Shown piece after piece: positions 32,146 through 42,546 of a DNA stretch of 64,000 nt (positions are counted from its first letter, which is position 1; the number at the start of each line of letters is the position of its first letter). The translations under genes and the position numbers were made by a program. Where the stretch lies: contig CBDHHL010000032.1 of NCBI GenBank assembly GCA_965263355.1, forward strand, positions 1,568,001 to 1,632,000. The letters are read 5' to 3'. The DNA comes from Leptolyngbyaceae cyanobacterium (GTDB lineage Bacteria; Cyanobacteriota; Cyanobacteriia; Phormidesmidales; Phormidesmidaceae). The notes below the pieces were generated by a model. It did not search any database, had not been told where the DNA came from, and was given only the letters and a program-made list of their open reading frames with translations.

Positions 32146-33336
32146 TCAGTTATTTTGGGGTAAGAATGCGGTTTGTCTTGGTAGAGGTGCAACTGGTTCA
32201 CTGAGTTCAAATTTACCGTTGATGATCCAATCTTTAAGGGTAACTGCTACCTTACGTCCAAGGTAAAGACTGGAAAGAGGAGCTGTCCTGACTCGACTGC
32301 CATTAATAGTCAGATGCCCAGATTTGAGTTGTTGATAGCTTACTAGGCCAAAGCTGGGACGCACCCGTCGGGGAATTGAAAAGTCAATCACTGGGGCAAG
32401 AATATCTTTATCACCAATAGCACAGTTCTGTAATACGGACTGATCCAAAACCGGAATGGGTATCCCTACACCTAACATCAAGGAGGGGCCATAGCCGCTA
32501 AAGTAACAACCACGTACCCACTCGGGTTGCATCTGTTTAGCATCACCAATCAGTGCAACAGTAGCAGATGGACCAATAGGGGTACCGTTGGGCAAACGTT
32601 TTTGTAGCGGAAAGTGTTGGGTTCCTTCCCAGGCAATGTAACCAGGGGCACCCCCGATAAATAATCGACTGCCGATGCCGATGGTACGCATCTGGGGATC
32701 GTTGAGCATGGGGGAAAGGGCACCCGCATTGGCATAGACGGCATTTCCTAAAAATGGCTGCAGTGGCCCCAGGTAGGTGAGCAAGGGGCGGTCGCTACTG
32801 TTTACCCCCACAATAAAATTTTGGTAGAGATTGCGAGGGTTGAACAGGTAAAACTGGTTGATGGTATCGCGAGTGATGGAGATATCCAAGGTGGAGCGGG
32901 GATAGCAGTCACTGACATGGCCAAGGGCTCTGAGATGGACCGATTTATCGGCAATCAGCTGGGCAATGATATGCCCTCCCCCGCGTTCACTGGTAATGAT
33001 GTCGCTACTGTCTGATGGATCTCCCCAGCGATTTCTGCCGGTGGTCTGGCTAGCTCCTAGATAGAGGTCTACAGCGCCAAACCCGGCATAGGCTAGTACC
33101 CCATCTAGATAACATTCGCGAATGTTAATGGGGGGATCGGTGTGGCCAAGATTGATAATGGCTCCCGATGATTCCATCGGTTCAAAGGTGCCGGTGGTAA
33201 CCACATCAACGATGGCGGTGGCGGTTTCCAAACCTAATTCGGCTACCTTTAATTTGGTTTCCTCGACGGTCCACACCGTAACGCTACCGGCTTTGATTTT
33301 TTGATTGATTTCAGCGATGGTACGGGAGATGACCAT
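32146..33336 (-). CDS. homocysteine biosynthesis protein (DUF39 family)
   Basis: RTIAEIN.KI, VDVVTTGTF, GGGH.I, NPRN.YQN, TIGIGSR.FIGG, GDAKQM. Confidence 0.88.
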   Translation of the reverse strand: MVISRTIAEINQKIKAGSVTVWTVEETKLKVAELGLETATAIVDVVTTGTFEPMESSGAIINLGHTDPPINIRECYLDGVLAYAGFGAVDLYLGASQTTGRNRWGDPSDSSDIITSERGGGHIIAQLIADKSVHLRALGHVSDCYPRSTLDISITRDTINQFYLFNPRNLYQNFIVGVNSSDRPLLTYLGPLQPFLGNAVYANAGALSPMLNDPQMRTIGIGSRLFIGGAPGYIAWEGTQHFPLQKRLPNGTPIGPSATVALIGDAKQMQPEWVRGCYFSGYGPSLMLGVGIPIPVLDQSVLQNCAIGDKDILAPVIDFSIPRRVRPSFGLVSYQQLKSGHLTINGSRVRTAPLSSLYLGRKVAVTLKDWIINGKFELSEPVAPLPRQTAFLPQNN

Positions 33337-33348
33337 GTTTAGGCATGT

Positions 33349-33522
33349 TTAAGGCTGACTTAAACGGGTTAGGAGCCAGCCGCTAAGGATGCCCGTTGGC
33401 AGAAGTACCAGAATCAGGGCAGCGGATTCTGGCGGTGCCACACTAGGGCCCACCCATTTGATCAGGGCGCTGATAAACGCGGATGCGATCGCAATTTTCA
33501 ACACATACAACCCATTATCCAT
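33349..33522 (-). CDS. small 2-TM membrane protein (57 aa)
   Basis: Manual translation MDNGLYVLKIAIASAFISALIKWVGPSVAPPESAALILVLLPTGILSGWLLTRLSQP*; fills the prmA-DUF39 gap in operon orientation. Confidence 0.75.
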   Translation of the reverse strand: MDNGLYVLKIAIASAFISALIKWVGPSVAPPESAALILVLLPTGILSGWLLTRLSQP

Positions 33523-33538
33523 AGTTAAAGCAATCGTC

Positions 33539-34429
33539 TTACGGACGACGAATATTTAGGCAACACCAATCCTCTCGCCGCCAGAGGGTAGCTACCGTCC
33601 AATTATGTTCTTCTAAAGTATCGGCGACCCATTTTGACTGCTCTAACAAAACACCGCTCAAAATACCCCAAGTAGACTCTTTAGCAATGGCATTAAATGA
33701 GGGAATTAACTCGACAATGATCTCCGCCAGGATATTACATAAAATGCCATCCACAGGTTCACTCACTTTGAGACTTTCAATACTACCCTGGGCCACTTGA
33801 ATCCGCCCGGATTCGAGGCCATTGAGCGCACAATTTTCAGTGGTTGCCTTGACAGCCAGTGGGTCCGTGTCCACGGCATAAACCGTTTGGGCCCCTAACA
33901 GCAATGCCCCGATAGATAAGATGCCTGAGCCACAACCAATGTCTGCCAGTGAGAGGGCCGCTGCACTGGGGTCACCAAGGCGCATTTCCAACGACTCCAG
34001 ACAAAGCTGAGTAGTGGGGTGAGTGCCTGTGCCAAAGGCGGTACCTGGGTCAAGTTTGATCACTAACCGTGATGACTCATCAGGAGGATCCATCCAGGCC
34101 GGATTGATGAGCAGGCGGTCACCAATGGGTTGCGGTTGCCAATACTTTTTCCAACTTTTGGACCAATCCTCATCCTCAATCAGGCTCCAGGTCACATCAG
34201 GTAGCTCATGGCTACCAAGACATAGCGCATCCTGCTGGAATCGTAGGGCCAATGCCGCTAAATCCACATTACAAAACTGCTGTTGCGGAAAATAGGCTTT
34301 AATCCGACTTTGGTACCCCCAGCGTTCGCTAGCGGTACCTCGACCATTCCAATTATCAAACCGCCAGAAGACTGTATCTTCGAGCAACGGGGAGCAGGTA
34401 ACTTGTATCTCCCACCAAGTATTTGCCAA
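33539..34429 (-). CDS. prmA: ribosomal protein L11 methyltransferase
   Basis: [27 protein letters not shown]. Confidence 0.96.
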   Translation of the reverse strand: MANTWWEIQVTCSPLLEDTVFWRFDNWNGRGTASERWGYQSRIKAYFPQQQFCNVDLAALALRFQQDALCLGSHELPDVTWSLIEDEDWSKSWKKYWQPQPIGDRLLINPAWMDPPDESSRLVIKLDPGTAFGTGTHPTTQLCLESLEMRLGDPSAAALSLADIGCGSGILSIGALLLGAQTVYAVDTDPLAVKATTENCALNGLESGRIQVAQGSIESLKVSEPVDGILCNILAEIIVELIPSFNAIAKESTWGILSGVLLEQSKWVADTLEEHNWTVATLWRREDWCCLNIRRP

Positions 34430-34505
34430 GGGTTTATTTGGGGTATACAGAATTCATCACAGTCACGTTAAGGAATGGCCCCAACGTGACCATGGTTCAC
34501 CAATT

Positions 34506-36086
34506 CTACAGGGCGACGGTGTAGGCATCACGAATGCCAGGCACTTTTGTGATTTCTTCGAGAATACCCTCTGGCAGCGGATCATCAATGCTGAGGACCA
34601 TCACCGCATCCCCACGAACAATCTGACGTCCTACCTGCATGCTGGCAATGTTGACATTAAAGCTCCCTAGCAGCGAGCCAATTTTGCCGATAATCCCTGG
34701 CATGTCACGGTGCAGGGTAAACAGCATGTACTTGGTTGGTGGCACGTTAATGGGGAACTGATTGACATCAGTAATACGAACTTCGGTACCGCCGAGAATA
34801 ATACCGGTTACCGAATGTTCACCCAGGGAGCCTTGAGCTGAAACATAGAGAGAACCTGTAAAGTCTTTGATACTAGCATCGCGGGTTTCAATCACCTTAA
34901 TGCCACGCTCCTTGGCCTCAATCGATGCATTCACATAGTTGACACGCTCTCTCAAGGCGTTGGTCAATAGGCCTTTAAGTGTAGCAATGACAATGGGTTT
35001 GCTGTCTTGGTTAGCCAACTCTCCCTGAAGCCGAATTTGAACTTGCTCTACCCGTCCTCCGGCCAATTGTCCGACCAGATTACCCAAGGTTTCTGCCAAC
35101 TCAAGGTAGGGGCGCAGTTTTTTAAGCACATCGGGGCGGAGTCCAGGAATATTAACGGCAGACCGAGCCGGTAGCCCCAATAAAACATCCCGAATTTGCT
35201 CGGCAACATCGACCGCAACGTTAATTTGGGCTTCAGTGGTAGATGCACCTAGGTGGGGTGTGAGAACAACAGACTTACCCAGTTCTCTGAGAGGACTTTC
35301 GCCCAGGGGCTCTTCTTCATAAACATCAATGGCTGCACCGGCAATGGTCCCATTTTTTACCGCCTCATACAGGGCAGCTTCATCAATGATGCCACCTCGG
35401 GCACAGTTGATAATACGAGCTGTGGGCTTCATCTTGGCTAGGGCCTCAGCATTAACCAAATGAGCAGTTTCGGGTGTTTTGGGAATGTGTAGAGTGATGT
35501 AATCAGCTTCTTGGAAAAGCAGATCTAAATCCACTAAACTGCAACCTAACTCAGTGGCGCGCTCCTTTGAAATAAATGGGTCATAGGCCAGAATAGTCAT
35601 GCCCATTGAGCGAGCGACGGTGGCTACATGGGAGCCAATTTTACCAAGACCGACAACACCGAGAGTTTTTTTGTAGACCTCGACACCCGTAAACTGCTTA
35701 CGATTCCAGGCGGAGGCTTTAACTGATTTATCAGCTTCAGGAATATTGCGTGACAGCGACAGCATCATGGCCAAAGCATGTTCAGCTGCAGCAATAGTAT
35801 TGCCTTCAGGGGAGTTCACTACTACAATGCCCCGACGAGTAGCCGCAGCTACGTCGACGTTGTCAACGCCAACACCAGCCCGACCAATGATTTTGAGCTG
35901 GCTAGCGGCTGCAATAACATCGCTAGTAACCTTGGTGCCTGAACGAATCATCAAGGCATCATAGTCAGGAATTAGCTGAACAAGTTCTTCGGGAGGAAGT
36001 TTGGTTTTGACATCAACTTGGGCCACCTGGGCCAAAATATCGAGACCAGATTGGTCGATCGGGTCGGAGACAAGTACCTTCGGCAT
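34506..36086 (-). CDS. serA: D-3-phosphoglycerate dehydrogenase
   Basis: GRAGVGVDN, GLGKIG, INCARG, TPHLGAST, C-terminal ACT domain. Confidence 0.97.
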   Translation of the reverse strand: MPKVLVSDPIDQSGLDILAQVAQVDVKTKLPPEELVQLIPDYDALMIRSGTKVTSDVIAAASQLKIIGRAGVGVDNVDVAAATRRGIVVVNSPEGNTIAAAEHALAMMLSLSRNIPEADKSVKASAWNRKQFTGVEVYKKTLGVVGLGKIGSHVATVARSMGMTILAYDPFISKERATELGCSLVDLDLLFQEADYITLHIPKTPETAHLVNAEALAKMKPTARIINCARGGIIDEAALYEAVKNGTIAGAAIDVYEEEPLGESPLRELGKSVVLTPHLGASTTEAQINVAVDVAEQIRDVLLGLPARSAVNIPGLRPDVLKKLRPYLELAETLGNLVGQLAGGRVEQVQIRLQGELANQDSKPIVIATLKGLLTNALRERVNYVNASIEAKERGIKVIETRDASIKDFTGSLYVSAQGSLGEHSVTGIILGGTEVRITDVNQFPINVPPTKYMLFTLHRDMPGIIGKIGSLLGSFNVNIASMQVGRQIVRGDAVMVLSIDDPLPEGILEEITKVPGIRDAYTVAL

Positions 36087-36211
36087 AGTTGGGTGAATTT
36101 TTTTTCACAAGGAACTATCGTACTGCATTGCTGCAGGGGATTCTTCCTTTGGGAAATTATGGATCGCAGATACAGTTGCCAATGTTACAAAACGTTTAAG
36201 TTTTTTGACGG

Positions 36212-36261
36212 GCGATCCCCTTGTAGGAATGTTCCATGGAACATTCCTACAAGGGGATCGC
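36212..36261. repeat. 50-bp perfect palindrome, REP-like (same family as 26393)
   Basis: GCGATCCCCTTGTAGGAATGTTCCATGGAACATTCCTACAAGGGGATCGC, abutting the hemW stop. Confidence 0.9.
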
Positions 36262-37466
36262 TACTGTTCAATGAGTTGTTCAATACCGTTAAAGAGATCG
36301 GCTAGGACAGTATTAGAGATGAGAAAACCATCGGGATCGCTGAGCCTGAGTCGATTGTTTTCCAATATCGCTGAGCCTGCGGCCAGATAGGTTTGTAACT
36401 GGCCCCTGACCATTTGGGTAAACGCTGCTCCAAAGGCTTGGGTAAAGGGTGCCAGGTCAATGCCTGATGACAGTCTGAGGCCAACCATTAGACTGTCGGT
36501 AAGTTGCTCGGTCAGAGGCATTGTGGGCTCGTCCAGGGTACCGTCGGCCTGCTGATAATTATTCAGCCATTGACGATAGTTTTTTTGAGTGCGGGGTCGG
36601 GCGACTCGCTGTGCCTGAGTGTAGCTAGTCGCCCCCATACCAAAACCATAGAAGGGACGGTTTTCCCAATAGGTACGGTTATGACGACATTGGTGACCGG
36701 GTTGGGCGTAGTTGGAAATTTCGTAATGGTCGTAGCCTGCGGTGGTCAGGGTCTGCTGGGCTAACCGATACATTTCAACAGTGTTGGTTTCGCTAGGTAA
36801 AGGCGTTTGACCGGGCTGATATTGTTTGCCGAAGGGGGTGCGTGGTTCGATGGTGAGGTCGTAGATGGATAAATGATGGGGGTGGAGTGCGATCGCACTC
36901 ATCAACGCGTCTTGCCACTGCTCCAGCGTCTGATAGGGCAGTCCAGAAATCAGATCCAAGCTCCAGCTAGGTACCTGGCTGCGGTGCATATCATCCACTG
37001 CGCGGTAAACATCGGCCAATCGATGGAATCGCCCACACCGTTCCAGTAATTGATCATCAAATGCTTGTACTCCCAGACTGATCCGATTTACTCCAAGGGC
37101 ACAGTAGCCCTGCACATGGTCGAGATCAAAGGTGCCTGGATCCATTTCCATGGAAATTTCTACATTGGCCGTCAATCCAAACCGTTGTGTAAGGCTGCTT
37201 AAGATTTGCTCCAACTGTTTAACGGACAGTAATGATGGGGTACCCCCCCCAAAAAAGACCGTTGTCAAGGCTGGTCCCAACACAGGAGTTACCTCTATTT
37301 CCTGACATAGCCAATCGACATAGGTGCGAATAGTGCCCGAAGTTTCTCCCCGCTGCCGATTGCCAATGACTGAAATCGGAAAGTCACAATAAAAGCAACG
37401 ACGACGACAAAATGGGATATGAACATAGGCCGACGTAGGGTCCGACCTAAGAGCCGATAGGGGCAT
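36261..37466 (-). CDS. hemW: radical SAM heme chaperone HemW (HemN-like)
   Basis: YVHIPFCRRRCFYCDF, FFGGGTPS, HYEISNY, HNRTYW. Confidence 0.93.
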   Translation of the reverse strand: MPLSALRSDPTSAYVHIPFCRRRCFYCDFPISVIGNRQRGETSGTIRTYVDWLCQEIEVTPVLGPALTTVFFGGGTPSLLSVKQLEQILSSLTQRFGLTANVEISMEMDPGTFDLDHVQGYCALGVNRISLGVQAFDDQLLERCGRFHRLADVYRAVDDMHRSQVPSWSLDLISGLPYQTLEQWQDALMSAIALHPHHLSIYDLTIEPRTPFGKQYQPGQTPLPSETNTVEMYRLAQQTLTTAGYDHYEISNYAQPGHQCRHNRTYWENRPFYGFGMGATSYTQAQRVARPRTQKNYRQWLNNYQQADGTLDEPTMPLTEQLTDSLMVGLRLSSGIDLAPFTQAFGAAFTQMVRGQLQTYLAAGSAILENNRLRLSDPDGFLISNTVLADLFNGIEQLIEQ

Positions 37467-37555
37467 AGGAACGTAAAAGCATTTAGTAAGGAACCCAATG
37501 GTGGGAACATGAGTGATTATAATGTCGTTGTTCGAGCCTTCCCAGGGATTATGAG

Positions 37556-37603
37556 TAAACCTTGTCTAGGTCCAGAACGGTCGTTTTGACCTAGACAAGG
37601 TTT
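37556..37603 (+). repeat. internally shortened copy of the 73-bp element with a perfect 16-bp inverted repeat
   Basis: AAACCTTGTCTAGGTC-CAGAACGGTCGTTTT-GACCTAGACAAGGTTT. Confidence 0.7.
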
Positions 37604-37651
37604 GGTGCAACATCCTCTCAATCAGCAGACATTAAGGTCGACATCATTCGA

Positions 37652-38731
37652 ATGCTAGATGCATTAATTATCATTTCATTCATTTTTGCAGGTGCAGGTA
37701 TTGGCTTTTATAGCATTGACCTGTTGCCTATGCAGGTTTTAGACCAGGTCAATAACATTGAGGGTTTGGGGACTGTCATGGCCGGGTTTGGCGGTCTAAT
37801 TGGTACCGGCTTAGGGCTTGTCGCCCAAACCAGCTATCGTCGGTTTGAAAAGCAAGTTCGTACCCTACCGCCCGATCGCATCTTTGCCCGAGCCATTGGC
37901 CTGATTTTAGGCTTATTAATTGCCAATCTGATTTTGGCTCCTGTTTTTCTATTACCCATTCCAAGGGAGTTTAACTTTATCAAACCCCTTGCTGCGGTGA
38001 TGAACAGCATTATATTTGCAGTGTCAGGGATGAATCTGGCCGATACCCAAGGGCGCGCACTATTGCGGTTGGTTAACCCTGGCAGTGTCGAAAGCATGCT
38101 GATTGCCGAAGGTACGCTAAAACCCTCGGCGTCTAAAATTTTAGATACTAGCTGTATTATCGATGGCCGCATAGAAGGCCTGTTGGAAACTAACTTTTTA
38201 GAGGGGCAAATTGTCGTTCCCCAGTTTGTTTTACAGGAGTTGCAAGCCGTTGCCGATGCGGCCAACGATCAAAAGCGGGCTCGGGGTAGACGGGGGTTAG
38301 ATATTCTCAATCGCTTGCGCACAGCCTATCCTGACCGGGTGGTTGTCGATCCGGCAGACTATGCCGATGTGGCTACCGTAGACGCCAAGCTGGTTAAGCT
38401 GGCCCAGGAAATGAATGCCATGCTACTGACCAACGACTACAATCTCAGCAAAGTAGCTCGGGTGCAGCAGGTACGCATACTCAACATTAACGACCTGGCC
38501 AAGGCGATTCGTCCGGCTTATCTGCCTGGGGATGACATTGAGATCAAGATTCTCAAGGAAGGTAAGGAAGATGCCCAGGGCGTGGGGTATTTGAACGATG
38601 GCACCATGGTGGTGGTGGAAGCTGGCAAAGGCTACATTGGCAACAATGTCTTGGTGGTGGTAACCGGAGCGCTACAAACGTCAGCAGGTCGCATGATCTT
38701 TGCGCGTCCCAAGCGAGCGACAGCGGCTTAA
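37652..38731 (+). CDS. PIN/TRAM domain membrane protein (YacL/Ycf81-like)
   Basis: N-terminal TMs, ILDTSCIIDGRI, RGRRGLDIL, TNDYNL, GYLNDGTMVVVE, QTSAGRMIFA. Confidence 0.93.
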   Translation: MLDALIIISFIFAGAGIGFYSIDLLPMQVLDQVNNIEGLGTVMAGFGGLIGTGLGLVAQTSYRRFEKQVRTLPPDRIFARAIGLILGLLIANLILAPVFLLPIPREFNFIKPLAAVMNSIIFAVSGMNLADTQGRALLRLVNPGSVESMLIAEGTLKPSASKILDTSCIIDGRIEGLLETNFLEGQIVVPQFVLQELQAVADAANDQKRARGRRGLDILNRLRTAYPDRVVVDPADYADVATVDAKLVKLAQEMNAMLLTNDYNLSKVARVQQVRILNINDLAKAIRPAYLPGDDIEIKILKEGKEDAQGVGYLNDGTMVVVEAGKGYIGNNVLVVVTGALQTSAGRMIFARPKRATAA

Positions 38732-38738
38732 CGCGGCA

Positions 38739-38804
38739 AGAAGCCCGGTTTCTCGATCTTGGATAACGTTTGCAGAGATCCCAAGGCTCAGAAATCGGGC
38801 TTCT
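38739..38804. repeat. 15-bp inverted-repeat element between convergent genes
   Basis: AGAAGCCCGGTTTCT ... AGAAATCGGGCTTCT (14/15 complementary). Confidence 0.7.
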
Positions 38805-38811
38805 ACGCCGC

Positions 38812-40419
38812 CTACTCCCACTCGATGGTGCCAGGGGGCTTTGAGGTAATGTCATAAACCACGCGGTTAACCCCATCAACCTCATTCACGATGCGGTTCG
38901 AAATGACCTCGAGCAAATCGTAGGACGGACGTGACCAGTCAGCGGTCATGCCATCTTCACTGCTAACAAAGCGTAAGACGATGGGATGGGCATAGGTGCG
39001 TTGATCTCCCATAACACCGACGCTACGCACGGGCAATAACACGGCAAATGCTTGCCAAAAGTCGTGGTATAGACCCCGATTGCGGATTTCTTCGCGCACA
39101 ATGTAGTCAGCATTACGCAAAATATTTAACCGTTCCGCTGTTACTTCACCTAGAATGCGAATAGCTAAACCGGGTCCAGGGAAGGGTTGACGTCGCACAA
39201 TTTCGTCGGGTAATCCAACGGAGCGCCCCACCCTACGCACTTCATCTTTAAACAACTTGCGCAGGGGTTCAATCAACTTAAACTGCAAATCCTTAGGCAG
39301 GCCACCGACATTATGGTGGCTTTTAATTTTAACGGCTACCCGCTCGCCAGTTTTGGGATCTACGTTAGTGTCTGCGGACTCAATCACGTCAGGATAAAGG
39401 GTGCCCTGGGCCAGATAGTCAAAGGGGCCTAAACGCTTAGATTCTTCTTCAAACACCCGAATAAATTCGTGACCAATACGCTTACGCTTTTCCTCTGGAT
39501 CGGTCACACCCTTGATTTTCTCTAGGAAGCGATCGCGAGCCTGGACATATTCAACCTTGATGTGGAATTGCTGATCAAATAGGTCTACCAACCGTTCGGG
39601 TTCACCCTTACGCATAAACCCCTGGTCGATAAACATACATGTGAGTTGTTCTCCAATGGCCCGATGGAGTAGAAACGCTAGTGTGGATGAATCCACCCCC
39701 CCTGACAGCGCCAGTAAAACCCGCTTTTTGCCCACTTTAGCCCGCACTTCACGAATCGCTTCTTCGACAAACGCTTCGGTAGTCCAAGTTGGTTCACAGC
39801 GGCAAATGTGATAAACAAAGTTACAAATTAACGCCTGACCATCGACGGAATGCACCACTTCTGGATGGAACTGTACACCATAGAACCCTTGTGCATGGTT
39901 TGCGATCGCAGCACTGGGCGTATTATCCGTATGGGCTAACACTTCAAACCCTTGGGGTAACTTAGTGACCGAGTCACCATGGCTCATCCACATGGTGGAG
40001 CCATCACCGACATTCGTGAGTAAATCCGTCGGGTCATCAATGTGCAAGCACGCCTTCCCATATTCGCCCCGTTGAGCGGTTTCCACTTGCCCCCCCAGCT
40101 GCTGCACCATCAGCTGCATGCCGTAGCACACCCCTAAGATAGGAATATCCAAGTCCCAAATAGCTGGATCACATTTGGGCGCATTGTCAGCATAGACCGA
40201 GTTAGGACCACCGGACAGAATAATGCCCCGAGGATTAAGCTGACGAATTTTCTCAGCTGAGGTGCGATAGGAAAGAACTTCTGAGTAAACTTGAGTCTCA
40301 CGAATACGACGGGCAATCAACTCAGAATACTGGGAACCAAAATCGAGAATAATGAGCATCTGACGGTTAAACTCAGACGGTTTGGTAGATGCTGTAATGG
40401 CGGGAGTTTGTGCAGTCAC
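38812..40419 (-). CDS. guaA: GMP synthase (glutamine-hydrolysing)
   Basis: [44 protein letters not shown]. Confidence 0.98.
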   Translation of the reverse strand: MTAQTPAITASTKPSEFNRQMLIILDFGSQYSELIARRIRETQVYSEVLSYRTSAEKIRQLNPRGIILSGGPNSVYADNAPKCDPAIWDLDIPILGVCYGMQLMVQQLGGQVETAQRGEYGKACLHIDDPTDLLTNVGDGSTMWMSHGDSVTKLPQGFEVLAHTDNTPSAAIANHAQGFYGVQFHPEVVHSVDGQALICNFVYHICRCEPTWTTEAFVEEAIREVRAKVGKKRVLLALSGGVDSSTLAFLLHRAIGEQLTCMFIDQGFMRKGEPERLVDLFDQQFHIKVEYVQARDRFLEKIKGVTDPEEKRKRIGHEFIRVFEEESKRLGPFDYLAQGTLYPDVIESADTNVDPKTGERVAVKIKSHHNVGGLPKDLQFKLIEPLRKLFKDEVRRVGRSVGLPDEIVRRQPFPGPGLAIRILGEVTAERLNILRNADYIVREEIRNRGLYHDFWQAFAVLLPVRSVGVMGDQRTYAHPIVLRFVSSEDGMTADWSRPSYDLLEVISNRIVNEVDGVNRVVYDITSKPPGTIEWE

Positions 40420-40763
40420 GGATAGGTCCTGAAGCTGAAGTGGGCGGAAAACAGATTTAACTTATTTTAGTGAGTTACTTATTAAACGCTACTAATTGAT
40501 TGCCTGGAGGTATTTGAGAGACATTACAGACCAATGATGTAATTCCAGGTGAGCAACGGGGATCATGCTCAATCTCAATTGAAAATATTTTATCTAGAGT
40601 AGCAAACCACGGTATTAATGCTTCACTCTTGGCGAGCACTTACAAAATTTGATGCCGGTAATCAACTGGATTAACCCTGATCTAAAAGATTGCAACCGCT
40701 ATGATGTAGACACTGTACTCAACCTATTTACTCAGACGCTAAAGCCCCTGACAAACCGTGTCT

Positions 40764-40836
40764 TAAACGATGTCTAGGTTGACGTCTAAAATTATATTTA
40801 GGCCAAAACAACCGTTTTAGATATGACCATGGCTTG
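40764..40836 (-). repeat. degenerate reverse-oriented copy of the 73-bp element
   Basis: Reverse complement CAAGCCATGGTCATATCTAAAACGGTTGTTTTGG...TCAACCTAGACATCGTTTA aligns gap-free (73 nt) to copy A. Confidence 0.55.
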
Positions 40837-40860
40837 GTGAAGGCTATTTTACAAAACCCT

Positions 40861-41889
40861 ATGAATTCCATCGATTATCTTCGTATTAGCCTGATTGACC
40901 GCTGTAATTTTCAGTGCCTGTACTGCATGCCGGAGGGGGCTGACCTCACTTATGTATTGCGAGAGTTCTGGTTAAGTCATGGGGAAATTTTAACCCTGTT
41001 AAAGGGCGTATTTATCCCATTAGGATTTACAAAATTTCGCTTGACGGGGGGCGAGCCCCTATTACGTCCAGGTATTGTGCAATTGGTGGATGAGATTGCC
41101 CATTTACCAGAGACAACAGATCTGGCCCTGACCACCAACGCGTTTAAGTTAGAAAAACTAGCTCAACCTTTGTACGATGCTGGATTAAAGCGCATCAATA
41201 TTAGTTTGGACTCATTACAGCCAGACACATTTGAAACCATTGTTGGTAAACCGTTATCGAATACGGCTAGGCAACTAGCAACAGATGCTCCAGCTAACTA
41301 TAGTCGCTGGCAACAGGTGTGGAAAGGGATTCAAATGGCTCATCAGGTGGGCTTTGACCCCCTTAAGCTTAATGTTGTTGTTATTCCAGATGTAAATGAC
41401 CATGAGATTTTAGATCTGGCCGCCTTGACCCTCGATAGGAATTGGCATGTAAGGTTTATCGAGTTTATGCCAATCGGTAACGATGACCTATTTACTACCA
41501 AAGGTTGGATTGATTCTGAAACCATTCGACAACAGATTCGAGATCGTTGGGGGCTAAAAGAGTCCAGGGTGTGCGGTAATGGTCCGGCAGATGTTTTTAA
41601 GATTCCAGGGGCAAAAGGAACGTTAGGATTTATTAGTCAAATGTCAGAGTGCTTTTGCGATCGCTGCAACCGAATGAGACTCTCCGCCGATGGCTGGTTG
41701 CGCCCTTGTCTGTTAAATGAGACAGGCCAGCTTAATTTGCGAGATGCCTTACGCAGCGGAGAATCCATTGCAACTATTCGAGCCCGAGTCGGCAATTTAG
41801 TCGCTAACAAACCAGAGATTAACTTCAAAATGCGAGAATCGGGTGCTACCGGGGCTTATAGTCGTACAATGTCCCAAATTGGCGGTTAA
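40861..41889 (+). CDS. moaA: GTP 3',8-cyclase
   Basis: [49 protein letters not shown]-terminus. Confidence 0.97.
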   Translation: MNSIDYLRISLIDRCNFQCLYCMPEGADLTYVLREFWLSHGEILTLLKGVFIPLGFTKFRLTGGEPLLRPGIVQLVDEIAHLPETTDLALTTNAFKLEKLAQPLYDAGLKRINISLDSLQPDTFETIVGKPLSNTARQLATDAPANYSRWQQVWKGIQMAHQVGFDPLKLNVVVIPDVNDHEILDLAALTLDRNWHVRFIEFMPIGNDDLFTTKGWIDSETIRQQIRDRWGLKESRVCGNGPADVFKIPGAKGTLGFISQMSECFCDRCNRMRLSADGWLRPCLLNETGQLNLRDALRSGESIATIRARVGNLVANKPEINFKMRESGATGAYSRTMSQIGG

Positions 41890-41918
41890 ATACAAAAGTT
41901 TGCGTCAAGTGAGCACCT

Positions 41919-42458
41919 TTATGACACTGGATGCCTAGCCAAAAATGCAAGGACATCCGAACACCATTTTAACCAGCTCTCTTCATAGGCAATCCCTCGT
42001 TTCATGGTGAGGTATTTAAACTGTTGTTCTATGGGAAAGTCAGCCTCACCTAAGCAGGCTTCCTCAGCCTGGAACTTCTCTAACTGGGCCTGATGCAGCG
42101 CTTGGCGATGATGTAATTCTTTAAGTAGTAGCTCGCGGGGCATTTTGTAGCCAATCATGGTCTTAACCAACAAATCTTCTCGGATTTGTGTACGTTCCGT
42201 CGGCTCCCCATACCAGCGAATGAGTTCATCCCGTCCGGCCTGGGTAATACTGTAAATCTTTTTATCTGGCTTGCCTTCTTGGGGGATTTTCTCAAAATCA
42301 ACCCAACCCTGGGTCTTCATCTTAGTCAACTCCCGGTAAACCTGTTGTTGCGTAGCTTTCCAAAAGCAACTAAGCCCTTCATCAAAGCGCTTACTAATGC
42401 CATATCCACTATCGGGTTGCTGGGATAATAATGCCAAAATGGTTTGGGCTAAGGCCAT
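41919..42458 (-). CDS. PadR family transcriptional regulator (AphA-like C-terminal domain)
   Basis: SGY.I.K.F...FW.A..QQVYREL, PDKK.YSIT..G. Confidence 0.92.
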   Translation of the reverse strand: MALAQTILALLSQQPDSGYGISKRFDEGLSCFWKATQQQVYRELTKMKTQGWVDFEKIPQEGKPDKKIYSITQAGRDELIRWYGEPTERTQIREDLLVKTMIGYKMPRELLLKELHHRQALHQAQLEKFQAEEACLGEADFPIEQQFKYLTMKRGIAYEESWLKWCSDVLAFLARHPVS

Positions 42459-42486
42459 AAAGCTTACAGACTAAACTAAATTTTTA

Positions 42487-42546
42487 TTGACATATTCAAT
42501 ATGTTGAATATAGGCTGTGAGGAAAACATAATCAACATGTTGAATA
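42487..42546 (+). promoter_or_regulatory. sigma70-like promoter overlapped by two TCAA-N4-TTGA palindromes (putative PadR operators)
   Basis: TTGACA at 42487; ATATTCAA-TATG-TTGAATAT at 42492-42511; TCAACATGTTGA at 42532-42543. Confidence 0.65.

Noticed and set aside
40572..40860. Moco riboswitch upstream of moaA
   Set aside because: No recognisable Moco motif; the pairing there is explained by a degenerate copy of the 73-bp element.
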